Source of the DNA: a virus
Taxonomy: Duplodnaviria; Caudoviricetes
IMG/VR virus record: IMGVR_UViG_3300048851_000186
Location: 1-38,796 of that record
Length of the DNA stretch: 38,796 nt
Strand: one strand, 5' to 3'
Shown here: positions 24,734 through 34,434 of the stretch, one piece after another
Numbering within the stretch: position 1 is the stretch's first letter
Layout of the letters: each line of letters starts with the position of its first letter
Program-made: the position numbers and the translations under genes
The notes under the pieces: generated by a model
The model's input: the letters and a program-made list of their open reading frames with translations, nothing else
Database searches by the model: none
Told to the model about the DNA's origin: nothing

Positions 24734-27135
24734 TGCCAGCTGCAGTCGTCGGCTTCATTGCCGCAGTCGGAGTGCCCGGACTTGTGGGCGCCGGTGGCGC
24801 TCTTACGTTCGCGGGCAACCTGGTTGCAGGTGCAATCGGCCTCGGTCTGAGCTACGCCGCCAATGCCCTATTCGGCCCGAAGCCTACGAACCTGAAGCCG
24901 CAGGACGTCAAGTCGACCCTCAATCAGTCTGTCCTCCCGCGTCGTAAGCATTACGGTCTGGTGATGACCGGCGGTGGGTTTGCCTTCCGTCGCTCGCGCG
25001 ATGGTGGCCTCTACATGGTCATCTACCTTGGCGAAGGTCCAAGCTTCGAGTTTGTCGAGCACTACATCGACGATCGGCCGGTCGTGCTCGATGCGGAGGG
25101 CTGGATTCCGGCCAAGCCTATTCGCGGTAAGATCCGCATCGAGACCCGTAAGGGCCTTGCCTTGGAGACGCACTACCAGAGCATCGCAGCGGTGTTCCCT
25201 GAGATATGGAGCGAAGCCAACCGGGGCGACGGCTGCATCTCGGTAGCTATCACGGCCAGAGGTGCCAAGCAGGAAGACTTCAACTCGATCTACCCTAACC
25301 GACATCCGCAGTACAAAGGTCTGCGGCGCGATGGCATTGTTCGCGATCCCCGCGACGGTGTGCAGAGATGGACGGCAAACCTCAACCTGATCTATCTCGA
25401 CTACCTCGGAAACCCTGACGGTGCGGGCATCGATCCTGCATACTTCGACGACGACGACTTCTCGGTCGCGGCCGAAATCGGCGATGAGATCTTGCCGACG
25501 AACGGCGGGGGCACCGTACCGCGCTATCATGGCCAGCTTTCCTATGACCTGACGACGGAGCCTGCCGACATCATCGAGCGGATGGAAACGGCTACCGACA
25601 GCCGGATCTATCTCAAGGCCAACGGCAAGATCGGCGTTCATCCCGGCATCTGGGTCGAGCCGACTGTCCGCATCCCTGATGGCTGTATCGTCAGCTACGA
25701 GATGTCGGACTCGAGCGGTCCGCTGCGTGAAGCAAACGAGGTGACGCTCGAATACACGAACCCGCTCACGGGCTATTCCGCATCGAGCTGCGACCCGTGG
25801 CGCGACGAGGAAGACATCAGCGCGCAGGGCACACGGACGATCCCGATCGAAGCCTACGAGATCCAGAACCATCATCACGGCCGGCGCGTCCAGAAACTTC
25901 GCTACTGCCGTGCTTCGGCTCGCTGGCAGGGCAAGATCGTCACCGACCTTCTCGGCATTCAAGCGCGTGGCGAGCGGCGCATCTTTCTGGAGATCAGGGA
26001 GCTTGGCATCGACTTCGAGGCGTTCGAAATCGAGGATTATCAGGAAGACGATGAAAGCATGACCGTGATGATGGAGGTGCGCAGCTGCTCGTCCTCCATG
26101 TACGACCTCTCGTCTGCAGAGGAAGGCACGCCGCCACCGGTACCGCTTAGCACCGAAGACTCGGACCTCGATCCGCCTGCCAATCTCGTCGTCGTCGGCG
26201 GATCTCGTGCGGTGTCAGGCAGCAACAAGATCCCAGTCATCACGGCAACATGGGACCCGTATCCCAGCCGAGACGATCTAACGGCATTCGCGCAGATCTC
26301 GCTTGCTGATCAGAACAAGTGGAAGCCGATGAGCGTCGACGAAGACGATCTGAGCGCGGAAGCAATCGGTCTGGTAGACGGAGCGCTTTATGACGTCTCG
26401 GTTGAATGGCGCAAAGCCGGTGGCACTGCGTCGGAAAGAGCGATCGTCGAGAACATCCCGGCGCTGGCTGATCCTAACGGGCCGGCAGCTCCGACCGACC
26501 TGCAGTCGTCTGTCAGCGGAACGGTCGCGACCATCAGCGCACGCGCTGCGAACGACAACACCGCTTATCTTGGCTTCAAGCGCGGAACTCGCATCCAGAC
26601 CTTCGCGCAAGCAACACAGCTCAACAGCGATTACCGCGTCTCGCCAAATCAGGTCATCTCGATCGCTGATCCAGACGGCCCGGGTTATGGCCACTGGCGG
26701 TACTGGTTCTTTTCTCGCAACGCGTCTGGGGTCATCTCCCCGGCGCCGGGAATGCTCGATGTCGACGTTCTCGGGCCGGAACTCATCAGCATCGGAAGTT
26801 ATGCCTCTGACACGGTATGGACGAAGGGGACAGGCTGGTCGATCGCGAGTGGCGTCGCGACCCACGCGGCCGGCACAGCTGCTGAACTGTCGCAGCCTGT
26901 CAGTCTCATTGTCGGGGCGACTTATGAAGTGACATACACCGTTTCTGGCCGGACAGTCGGCGGCGTCACGGCGCGCTTCACTGGCGGCACAACAGTCTCT
27001 GGAACGGCAAGAACGTCCAACGGGACATTCACGGAAACCTTGGTGGCGGTGTCCGGCAACAACGCCTTTGCGCTCTATTCGACAGCCGCCGGAAACATGA
27101 GCGTCGACAACGTTTCCTTACGGAGGGTGGCGTGA
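24733..27135 (+). CDS. Central tail tip/host-specificity protein (J-like) with Fn3 and C-terminal carbohydrate-binding-like domain
   Basis: PRRKHYG, Fn3-like PPANL and PAAPTDL, C-terminal beta-sandwich ending VDNVSLR. Confidence 0.85.
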   Translation: MPAAVVGFIAAVGVPGLVGAGGALTFAGNLVAGAIGLGLSYAANALFGPKPTNLKPQDVKSTLNQSVLPRRKHYGLVMTGGGFAFRRSRDGGLYMVIYLGEGPSFEFVEHYIDDRPVVLDAEGWIPAKPIRGKIRIETRKGLALETHYQSIAAVFPEIWSEANRGDGCISVAITARGAKQEDFNSIYPNRHPQYKGLRRDGIVRDPRDGVQRWTANLNLIYLDYLGNPDGAGIDPAYFDDDDFSVAAEIGDEILPTNGGGTVPRYHGQLSYDLTTEPADIIERMETATDSRIYLKANGKIGVHPGIWVEPTVRIPDGCIVSYEMSDSSGPLREANEVTLEYTNPLTGYSASSCDPWRDEEDISAQGTRTIPIEAYEIQNHHHGRRVQKLRYCRASARWQGKIVTDLLGIQARGERRIFLEIRELGIDFEAFEIEDYQEDDESMTVMMEVRSCSSSMYDLSSAEEGTPPPVPLSTEDSDLDPPANLVVVGGSRAVSGSNKIPVITATWDPYPSRDDLTAFAQISLADQNKWKPMSVDEDDLSAEAIGLVDGALYDVSVEWRKAGGTASERAIVENIPALADPNGPAAPTDLQSSVSGTVATISARAANDNTAYLGFKRGTRIQTFAQATQLNSDYRVSPNQVISIADPDGPGYGHWRYWFFSRNASGVISPAPGMLDVDVLGPELISIGSYASDTVWTKGTGWSIASGVATHAAGTAAELSQPVSLIVGATYEVTYTVSGRTVGGVTARFTGGTTVSGTARTSNGTFTETLVAVSGNNAFALYSTAAGNMSVDNVSLRRVA

Positions 27136-27545
27136 TGGCTCGGGATACGCAGGTAGATTGGAGGACCATGGTTCAGTCTGCTGAGAACGTCGCTCTGACT
27201 GTCCAGCAGGAGGCGCAGGCTTCAAAGGTTGCCTGGATTGCCGATGTCGTCATCACCTATTCCAGCATGATAAGTCTCAATCTAGCGCCGCGCACAAAGA
27301 CCTTCTTGGCGGCTGACAATCCGATCATTGGACAGGCCCGCTACGGTGACCGCGTCTACGCCCACCGCCGCGATCCTGTCACCCTGGGTAGCGCTGCGCT
27401 CATCGGCGGCGTGATGATCGAAACGGCGGGCTTCGTTCCGGAGAGCGGCAAAGTAGAGATCTACCACGTCATCCCGGCCGTCGGCCTGAACCAGACGTTG
27501 ACCATCCCGCTGCGCCTCGTCGCGTACCGCCCCGCCGGCGCCTGA
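27132..27545 (+). CDS. Hypothetical tail protein
   Basis: Coupled to the tail tip gene; GGAGG RBS. Confidence 0.7.
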   Translation: MMARDTQVDWRTMVQSAENVALTVQQEAQASKVAWIADVVITYSSMISLNLAPRTKTFLAADNPIIGQARYGDRVYAHRRDPVTLGSAALIGGVMIETAGFVPESGKVEIYHVIPAVGLNQTLTIPLRLVAYRPAGA

Positions 27546-27616
27546 TCGCCGCACAAACCTTTCTTTATCCCTCTGGCCCATCGCCGGAGCGAACACGCAT
27601 GGAGAGAAGTCCGACA

Positions 27617-29335
27617 ATGGGCAACATCATTGAAGCCTTCAAAAATACCTTTGCTGACGGTCCTTCTTCAGCTCCTGACGAAGTGGACAAGGCTGCGGCG
27701 CGACGCCTAGGCCCCGTCATCGAAAGCGAGCTATCGGGCGCTGCAGCCGGTCTCGTGCGCGCGACGTCGAAAGCTGGGCTCGGGTCCGGTTCTCGCACCG
27801 GACAGCCTGGTCAGGTGACTGCCGGCGCCGACAAAGGCGAGTATCTCTGGGACGGTTCCGAGTGGATTCGCACAGGTGATCTCGTGGACACATTGGGGCT
27901 CCAGGCCAACATTGACGAAGAGGTCGACGAACGGTCCTCGCTCATCGCAAAAGGGCTGAAGTCGGTTCCTTTCGCAATCAAGGATGCGCTCGGCTTTCTA
28001 TGGTCCTACATCGATGCCCGAGGGTATTGGAAGTCGAACGGCTACAGCACGGCCGGCTTTGAAATGGGATCTTCCGGCGGCGACGAGATCTTCCACATCC
28101 GTGACCGCTGGGGCTGGAAGTTCTTATCGCTGACGAGAACGGCGCTTTATGCTCCGGGGCTAACCCTCGGCTCGAATTTCAACGAGGGGTTCGATCCCAA
28201 GCCACTCATAGGGGGGACGCTTGTTAGCTTCGCTGGCGATGAGACCCACATCTACGCGCGCAATATCTTGCCGCAGCGTAGCGACCTGTCGCGCGTCAGG
28301 GCAATTTTCTACAGCGAGGCATCTCAAAGCGGTAATCGCGCGAGCTATAGCCGCACCGGCGATGACGACCTGGTTGTCGATCTCGCCAAGTGTGGGCCGG
28401 CCACGTACCTGGCAACGCGGCTGGATGAGGTCAGCGCCGATATCCGTAACCAGGCCGCGCTTGCAGCTATCTCCGTTCCGGTCGCGCCTTCAGCTGGCAA
28501 CACCTTGGGTGCCTTGATGATCGGCGACAGCATCACGAACCGGCAAATGGCCGCGCGCTTGAAGGCCCGTGCATCTCAGCGTGGTTACACAATCAATCTC
28601 GTCGGGACGCTGAACGGCGCCGGCGTGGATCAGGGCGCAAATGATGCGACTGGCCCTCTCGGTGAAGGTCGGGAGGGCTGGGAGTTCGGCGACTTCACGT
28701 ATGCGGTCACGAACCGCGCAACAATCGTCTCACCAGGTCAGGAAAGCACGTATCTTGCTGCGCAGAAAACAGCGAAGCAAACTCAAAATCCTTTCCTGCG
28801 CGCAGCTACCGGCAGCGACAGCGCGAACGTTGTCCGGAACGGCTATGTCTTCGACTATGCCTATTACCTCAGCCGCTTCTTGATCGAGCCCCCCAACGTC
28901 GTGTTCATCGGTCTCGGAACGAACGATATCCGGGATCTAGGCGCATCGGAGTTGGGGCCCGCTATCCTGGACGGTCTGACCATCATATGCGGCCAGATAC
29001 TCGCTGCGCAGCCGGCAACCAAGATTGTACTCTGGTTCCCGCCCGTCTCAAGGTCGAGCGACCGCGACGGTCTGTGGTCGGGTCGCTATGTCGAAGTGGT
29101 GAACCGACTGCTAAGCTTTGTCCGGAGCCAAGCAAATCCGAATATTCGTATAGTTCCGACTTGGGCAATGGCTTCGCAGGAGGCCGGATTCGCACTGGCG
29201 GCTGGGACAACGTCCGATATCGGCGTGCAAACGGCTGAGCTTTCCGATGCTGTCCATCTCGCCCCCTACAACATAGCAGCCATTGCTGAAGTCCTGGCGG
29301 CGGCGGCCGGCGCCGCAGCTCAGAACAGCCTGTAA
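27617..29335 (+). CDS. Tail spike/fibre with SGNH/GDSL esterase domain
   Basis: N-terminal virion-anchor-like FADGPSS.P.EVDK; SGNH blocks IGDSIT, EGREGW, GLGTND and DAVH. Confidence 0.85.
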   Translation: MGNIIEAFKNTFADGPSSAPDEVDKAAARRLGPVIESELSGAAAGLVRATSKAGLGSGSRTGQPGQVTAGADKGEYLWDGSEWIRTGDLVDTLGLQANIDEEVDERSSLIAKGLKSVPFAIKDALGFLWSYIDARGYWKSNGYSTAGFEMGSSGGDEIFHIRDRWGWKFLSLTRTALYAPGLTLGSNFNEGFDPKPLIGGTLVSFAGDETHIYARNILPQRSDLSRVRAIFYSEASQSGNRASYSRTGDDDLVVDLAKCGPATYLATRLDEVSADIRNQAALAAISVPVAPSAGNTLGALMIGDSITNRQMAARLKARASQRGYTINLVGTLNGAGVDQGANDATGPLGEGREGWEFGDFTYAVTNRATIVSPGQESTYLAAQKTAKQTQNPFLRAATGSDSANVVRNGYVFDYAYYLSRFLIEPPNVVFIGLGTNDIRDLGASELGPAILDGLTIICGQILAAQPATKIVLWFPPVSRSSDRDGLWSGRYVEVVNRLLSFVRSQANPNIRIVPTWAMASQEAGFALAAGTTSDIGVQTAELSDAVHLAPYNIAAIAEVLAAAAGAAAQNSL

Positions 29336-29353
29336 CTCGAAAGGTCACTTTTC

Positions 29354-30109
29354 ATGGCAAGCACTGACATCATGGTCTACGAGGGTGATGCCTCCCTTCT
29401 TTCAATCGGTTTCGAAGCCGCTGTAGCAAATGGTCTTCTAGGTCTGTGGTTCTTCAATCGCGGGTTAGAGTCGCGGCGCAATCTGGCCATTGGCGGCGTC
29501 GATGCAAGCGTCATCGGAGCGCCTTCTAACCAGGGCGCCTTTCTTCGCTTCAAGGGCGGTGCCAACTTCTTTCAGACAGACGTTTCCGACAGCGAAGCAT
29601 TCTCGATCATCGCGGCGGTTAAAAGCACCGATACGATGGCCGACCCTGCGCATTCGCCGATGTTCGTCAGCAACTTCGGATCCGGTTCGGTGGGTGGTGG
29701 GAATGCAGGCACTGCTGGTGCAAGTATCTATTCCGCGTCAAACCCGACGATCATGAAGTCGACCGCGTCCCGATATGCCGACGGCACAAATACCGCCGTG
29801 TCGTCCGCAAGCCGAGATCTGGCCGCAACGCTGGCGTCATGGAACCTGGTCGCTGCGCGCGCCCGGGCTGACAGAACCCAAGCGGATAATCTCACGAGCG
29901 GCGCCGCTGCGGCAAATAACTACACCACGCAAGCACGTGTCGTCGGCGCAGGCAAGTTCCGTATCGGAGGCTCCTTCAGCGCAGATTGGACCGGGACTGC
30001 GGATGTCGCAGCTGTAGCGCTTTACAATCGGTTCATTACAGACAGTGAGTTGATCTCCCTCACGGCTCAATTTAGGACGGCGCTTGCCCATTTGGGTATT
30101 TCCGTTTGA
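29354..30109 (+). CDS. Concanavalin/LamG-like beta-sandwich tail-associated protein
   Basis: GLLGLWFF, FRIGG, AVALYNRFITDSE (LamG-like C-terminus). Confidence 0.65.
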   Translation: MASTDIMVYEGDASLLSIGFEAAVANGLLGLWFFNRGLESRRNLAIGGVDASVIGAPSNQGAFLRFKGGANFFQTDVSDSEAFSIIAAVKSTDTMADPAHSPMFVSNFGSGSVGGGNAGTAGASIYSASNPTIMKSTASRYADGTNTAVSSASRDLAATLASWNLVAARARADRTQADNLTSGAAAANNYTTQARVVGAGKFRIGGSFSADWTGTADVAAVALYNRFITDSELISLTAQFRTALAHLGISV

Positions 30110-30187
30110 GTAGACGTCGTAGTATTCTACGGGAAAACAACGGCCGCGGTGCAAGTAGAAGCATCGCTCTCAGCATATAGGTATGCA

Positions 30188-30736
30188 ATGAAGCTTGTGG
30201 ATGGGCGTGACTGCGGTGCTTGTTCGGCATGCTGTCGATACTTACCGATAAAGCAGCCGGAGCTTGATAAGCCCACCAATCAGAAATGTCCTCATCTTAC
30301 AAGTAGCGTGGGCTGTAAGGTCTACAGTACCCGGCCACAAGTTTGCCGAGATTGGTACTGCGGCTGGCGAATGCTTCCCCAACTTGGTGAAGCCTGGCGT
30401 CCTGACAAATCAGGCATTTTAATTAGGGTGGATTCAACTGTCGATCGGCGCTTGGAGCTTCGTTTTTTACTTTTTAAGGCCCCCGCCCCACTCTCCAAGC
30501 GCTGGTTTTGCGATGCCCTAGCCAGTCTAGTTTCGTTGGGTGATGTAGATGTCTACATTCAGGTTCCTGGACCAATAGGATATTATCCCCGCCAAGTGCT
30601 TATCAATGATTTTGCTGCGTCCTCCTTACGGAGCAGGAATCTTCCACAGTTCCAGACCCAACTTCGCGCTGCGTACAATTCCCTCATGAATGATAGCTTT
30701 ACGCCAGACGGGATTCTACTCCGAACGACGCTCTGA
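30188..30736 (+). CDS. YkgJ family cysteine-cluster (CxxCxxCC) protein, moron
   Basis: CGACSACC, CPHL, GCKVYSTRPQVCRDWYCGW; lower GC. Confidence 0.88.
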   Translation: MKLVDGRDCGACSACCRYLPIKQPELDKPTNQKCPHLTSSVGCKVYSTRPQVCRDWYCGWRMLPQLGEAWRPDKSGILIRVDSTVDRRLELRFLLFKAPAPLSKRWFCDALASLVSLGDVDVYIQVPGPIGYYPRQVLINDFAASSLRSRNLPQFQTQLRAAYNSLMNDSFTPDGILLRTTL

Positions 30737-30860
30737 CAGGCACGTAGCGAACGGCAATTCAGCATGGCCGCGGAACGTTGAACGAAGGCGATCCAGCGAG
30801 CGCGAATGAAATCGCCCTTCTACGTACAAGATGTCTTGCGGATGCCTTACGCGGTCTCGC

Positions 30861-30947
30861 TCACCAATAGGCGAGGAAGTCTATCGCCACTATACCTATG
30901 GCAATAAACGCGAATGCGACTGTGGCGATTGTGGAAATATGGGACAT
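30861..30947 (-). CDS. 28-aa hydrophobic peptide (not in ORF track)
   Basis: AAAGGAGGTG RBS; MSHISTIATVAFAFIAIGIVAIDFLAYW*. Confidence 0.6.
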   Translation of the reverse strand: MSHISTIATVAFAFIAIGIVAIDFLAYW

Positions 30948-31079
30948 CAGCACCTCCTTTTATCCCAAAAGCGCGTCGTACTCGGATGTTCCGCTGCTCG
31001 CGTGTCTAGCCTTACCGGGCCGTAAATGCGCATGGCCGTCGTCCTATAATGGAACGCACCTCAACATTGGAGATCAACC

Positions 31080-31187
31080 ATGGCAGCGCGTCGCACGAGC
31101 GCTGCGGGCCGCAAGGCTATTGCGCAGCATGAAGCGAGGGATACTGGCCAAGCAGGTAGTGAGGCTCGACGCACGCTGAAAGCGTGA
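31080..31187 (+). pseudogene. 5' remnant of a GH24 phage lysozyme gene
   Basis: GGAG RBS, then MAARRTSAAGRKAIAQHE, which matches the GH24 lysozyme N-terminus; the sequence then diverges and stops. Confidence 0.55.
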
Positions 31188-31297
31188 TCCGCCGCGCCGA
31201 GCCTCTACTGCAGGAAGGGGGTCCTGTAGGGGGCAGGCAACCGCAGTGTTTCAGTCTTTAGCTGTGCGGTTCAAAAGCACAACAGCCAGATCTAGCC

Positions 31298-31447
31298 TCA
31301 ATGCGCCCTGGGCGTCTCGTCTAGCGGCGTACGGCATAGCTCCGCCGCTTCTTCGGAGAGTTCTTTCAGGCGTCGAGAGACCTCGTTGAGGCATGCCACG
31401 GCCTGCGCTGTCGCGCTTTCGTCGGTCTCGTTTTCATCTTCCATCAT
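31298..31447 (-). CDS. Small acidic protein (49 aa, not in ORF track)
   Basis: GGAGG RBS; MMEDENETDESATAQAVACLNEVSRRLKELSEEAAELCRTPLDETPRAH*. Confidence 0.55.
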   Translation of the reverse strand: MMEDENETDESATAQAVACLNEVSRRLKELSEEAAELCRTPLDETPRAH

Positions 31448-31551
31448 TCGGCACCTCCGTCGAAATCCAGAATTAGGATTTCGTTAAGATACGGCAAGCC
31501 TGCCGAGGCCACCACCGCTGCCAGATGGGCGGCATTTTTAGGAAAATCAAC

Positions 31552-32283
31552 ATGAACTCGTCTCTGCAGAAAACGCAGAAGCGCTTGCTCGCGCTTGGCT
31601 TCTCGTTGCCAAAATACGGCGCCGATGGTGATTACGGCAAAGAGGCTGACGACGCGATCAACGCGGCCCTCGATCAGCTGGTGACGTTGCGCAGCCTGGC
31701 TGCAACGCCGCCGACCTCGCTGTCGCCACCGTTGCCCGCGTCATCGATCGACATCAGCAAGAAGACCATCCCCGCGGCATGGATGCCCGATGCCAAGATC
31801 ACTGGCATCGTCTTCCACTGGACGGCCGGCCAGAACAAGGCGAGCGATCTAGATCGTTCGCACTACCATCTCCTGATCGAAAGCGACGGCAAGCACATTC
31901 GCGGCGTTCCCTCGATCGACCTCAACAGCCTGCCGAAGGCCAAGTCCGGCTATGCGGCTCACACTCTCAACTGCAACACCGGCTTCATCGGTGTGTCGCT
32001 CTGCGGAATGGCAGGCGCCGTCGAAAGCCCGTTCAGCGCCGGCCAGCAGCCGGTCACGCGCGTCCAGTGGGACGAACTCGCAAACGTCCTGGCGCAGCTC
32101 TGCAAGCGCTACGGCATTAAGGTCAGCCGCAAGACAGTCCTCAGCCATGCCGAAGTCCAATCGAACCTCGGCATCAAGCAGAAAGGCAAGTGGGACATCG
32201 CCCGCCTGCCTTTCGATCCCTCAATCCAGGGCGCGGTCGCAATCGGCGACCAAATGCGCGCCATGGTGCAATCCCAGCTGTAA
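31552..32283 (+). CDS. Endolysin: PG-binding domain + Amidase_2
   Basis: QKRLLALGFSLPKYGADGDYG; IVFHWTAG, YHLLI, AHT..CNTGFIGVSLCG, LSHAEV, KWD. Confidence 0.92.
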   Translation: MNSSLQKTQKRLLALGFSLPKYGADGDYGKEADDAINAALDQLVTLRSLAATPPTSLSPPLPASSIDISKKTIPAAWMPDAKITGIVFHWTAGQNKASDLDRSHYHLLIESDGKHIRGVPSIDLNSLPKAKSGYAAHTLNCNTGFIGVSLCGMAGAVESPFSAGQQPVTRVQWDELANVLAQLCKRYGIKVSRKTVLSHAEVQSNLGIKQKGKWDIARLPFDPSIQGAVAIGDQMRAMVQSQL

Positions 32284-32300
32284 CCTCGAAAGGAAATCGC

Positions 32301-32525
32301 ATGTCTCAGTACAGCAAGCTCATCGGCGCGCTGGTCGGCAATCTCGTTGCCATCCTGCTCGCCTACGTCGCAACCAGGTGGACCGGCGTCGCCGAGTGCG
32401 CGATCGTTGATCAGGTGCAGACGTGCACTGCCTTCGGCTTCAGCCAGGCGCAGATCACGGCCGGCCTGATGACGGCCATCAATGCCGCCTTCGTCTACGC
32501 CTTCCCGGCTAACAAGCCAGCATGA
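32301..32525 (+). CDS. Putative holin
   Basis: 74 aa with two hydrophobic segments, C-terminal YAFPANK; AAGGA RBS. Confidence 0.7.
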   Translation: MSQYSKLIGALVGNLVAILLAYVATRWTGVAECAIVDQVQTCTAFGFSQAQITAGLMTAINAAFVYAFPANKPA

Positions 32526-32728
32526 CCTGGCTTTCTGCACTCAAGCTCGTCCTTCAGCTCGCCAGCTTCATCGCTCGGCGGGCTGAGAGGCTCGATATCG
32601 AAAAGGCGGTCCTCAATGAACTGCAAGTCCTTCACGGCAAGCGTGTGGACGTTGCCGTTTCTGCTCGCGACGACGTACCCGCTGGTCGGGTGCCAATCGA
32701 TTCTGCCGACAAATACCGGCGCGACTGA
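32522..32728 (+). CDS. Putative i-spanin (Rz-like)
   Basis: N-terminal hydrophobic segment, C-terminal DKYRRD; overlaps the lipoprotein ORF. Confidence 0.65.
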   Translation: MTWLSALKLVLQLASFIARRAERLDIEKAVLNELQVLHGKRVDVAVSARDDVPAGRVPIDSADKYRRD

Positions 32729-32855
32729 GAAGTCGATTGCGGTCGACACCTGCCGCGCTTGGAAGCCCGTTAATTATTCGAGTCGTGACACGCCCGAAAC
32801 GCAGACAGAGGCGAGGGGGAACAACGCAGCGCGTGACGCATACTGTGCTGCCTGA
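32616..32855 (+). CDS. Putative o-spanin lipoprotein (Rz1-like)
   Basis: Lipobox LVGC; C.AWKPV.YSSRDT.ET...NNAARDAYC; starts inside the i-spanin gene (start uncertain). Confidence 0.7.
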   Translation: MNCKSFTASVWTLPFLLATTYPLVGCQSILPTNTGATEKSIAVDTCRAWKPVNYSSRDTPETQTEARGNNAARDAYCAA

Positions 32856-32874
32856 CGCGCATCTTGCCGCGGTC

Positions 32875-33294
32875 TCACTGAGAGATATTTTTCAGGCGTT
32901 TCGCGAGAGGCTCCGGCTTCGCGCCATCCGGCAAAAGCACCTGAAGGCGGTCGTAGACCAGTTCTGAGCTGAACGGTTTTCCGATGAATACCGCAGCGTC
33001 GGGCAAATCGCCTGCTTCTGGCTTTAAACGTCCCGATGCGACCATAATAGAAATATGTGGCCATTTCTGATCGCATACTTTTGCGAGATGGAAGCCGTTA
33101 TGTTCCCCAGGCATCTCAACGTCTGAAAATAGAAGCCGAATATCACCGGCGTACTGCTCAAGCAGGACTAGAGCCTCGTCGACGTCACCTGCTTCAAGCG
33201 TCCTGAAGCCTGCTTCGACGAGGATATCAACGACGTCCATACGGATGATGGGGTCGTCATCGACGACGAGACTGTAAGGTGTTGTTTCAGACAC
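32875..33294 (-). CDS. Single-domain response regulator (receiver)
   Basis: VVDDDP, LLFSDVEMPG (phospho-Asp), VASG, KPF. Confidence 0.93.
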   Translation of the reverse strand: MSETTPYSLVVDDDPIIRMDVVDILVEAGFRTLEAGDVDEALVLLEQYAGDIRLLFSDVEMPGEHNGFHLAKVCDQKWPHISIMVASGRLKPEAGDLPDAAVFIGKPFSSELVYDRLQVLLPDGAKPEPLAKRLKNISQ

Positions 33295-33454
33295 GTGTTT
33301 ACCTCAAAAAATCGTCCAGATATTGGCTTGAACGGCCGAAGTAGGTGAGCGTTCCTCACGATTTTGGGCCAGCTGTGTGCGACCTGAAACAACTGAACTA
33401 GCCGTCAAAGACGGCAGCTGCGCATGAGCAGACATATGAAGGGCATGCGGACTG

Positions 33455-34084
33455 ATGACAGGGAGAAACGACATGCCCAACGGCGGGTTTGATCCGGAAG
33501 CGAAATACGCACAGCTAGGGGAGCGGGTCGACAACCAGTCTCGCCAGATCGCCCAAGTTGATTCCCGGATGACACAAGGCTTCTCCGAGATCGCGTCACA
33601 GATCCGGGGCTTGGTCGACGACATCCGTGGTGGGTCCAAAACGCAGTGGCCGGTCTTGATCAGCTTGTGCGCTGTGTCCGTCTCTATCCTCGGGGGGCTA
33701 GGCTATCTCGCTTTGCAGCCAATCAAGGACAACATCACGCAAATTCGCGAAGACACAAAAAGCCAGGCGTCCGGTACATCGTCAGCACTTGCAACCATCG
33801 TTGATAAAATGGTGACGCAGAAGGAGATGGAGTGGCGAACTGCACGCAGCGCCGAAGATCGCGCTCGGATGGAGGGCTCGATAAAAGAGGTCCGTGACGC
33901 TCAAGTGCCACGCGAAGAACTCACGAGGATATGGGCGAACTACGATCAGCGCTTTCAGGACCAGCAGCGGCAGGTCGATGAACTGAAGCAGGCTCAGGGC
34001 AGCGTCTACGGCGCGAGGGATGTCATTATGGATTTAAGGCAGCGGCTTGATCGCGTCGAGCGGGAGCGGATAGGCGAGCGGTAG
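33455..34084 (+). CDS. Membrane-anchored coiled-coil protein of the lysis region
   Basis: One TM segment (WPVLISLCAVSVSILGGLGYLAL) flanked by heptads; alternative start at 33473. Confidence 0.75.
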   Translation: MTGRNDMPNGGFDPEAKYAQLGERVDNQSRQIAQVDSRMTQGFSEIASQIRGLVDDIRGGSKTQWPVLISLCAVSVSILGGLGYLALQPIKDNITQIREDTKSQASGTSSALATIVDKMVTQKEMEWRTARSAEDRARMEGSIKEVRDAQVPREELTRIWANYDQRFQDQQRQVDELKQAQGSVYGARDVIMDLRQRLDRVERERIGER

Positions 34085-34163
34085 ACAGCACTGACAGGTG
34101 CACAGACTTGCGCTCGCGACTTTAGCAGCGGGGGCACAACACCCTCGCTGCTTGAATGTAGTG

Positions 34164-34328
34164 CTATGGTGTCGAACCGGCGAACATCGCTCTGCTGCCG
34201 AACGTTAGGAGCGCTGCGAAGAGGAACCAGCCCCAACCTTCTTTCTCCTTGAGAGCTAACACGCCGGCTACGATAGCCATTGTTATACTCACGCTGTTAA
34301 AAGCCAATATTACGAAAACACTCGGCAT
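34164..34328 (-). CDS. Small two-TM membrane protein (54 aa, not in ORF track)
   Basis: GGAG RBS; MPSVFVILAFNSVSITMAIVAGVLALKEKEGWGWFLFAALLTFGSRAMFAGSTP*. Confidence 0.7.
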   Translation of the reverse strand: MPSVFVILAFNSVSITMAIVAGVLALKEKEGWGWFLFAALLTFGSRAMFAGSTP

Positions 34329-34434
34329 TATCACTCCAATCACGTGGCACGAAATCCCGCGATCAAGCGGGATCTCAGTCCACGTTCAAGTACATTCAAA
34401 AAATGTGTCATTGAGATATTGATCCCTAGTGACA

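Noticed and set aside
11264-27135. Gene transfer agent
   Set aside because: It is linked to repressor, replication, HNH/cos and lysis modules, and its head gene order differs from RcGTA.
24733-30109. Diversity-generating retroelement or invertible tail-fibre cassette
   Set aside because: No reverse transcriptase, invertase or TR/VR repeat pair seen.
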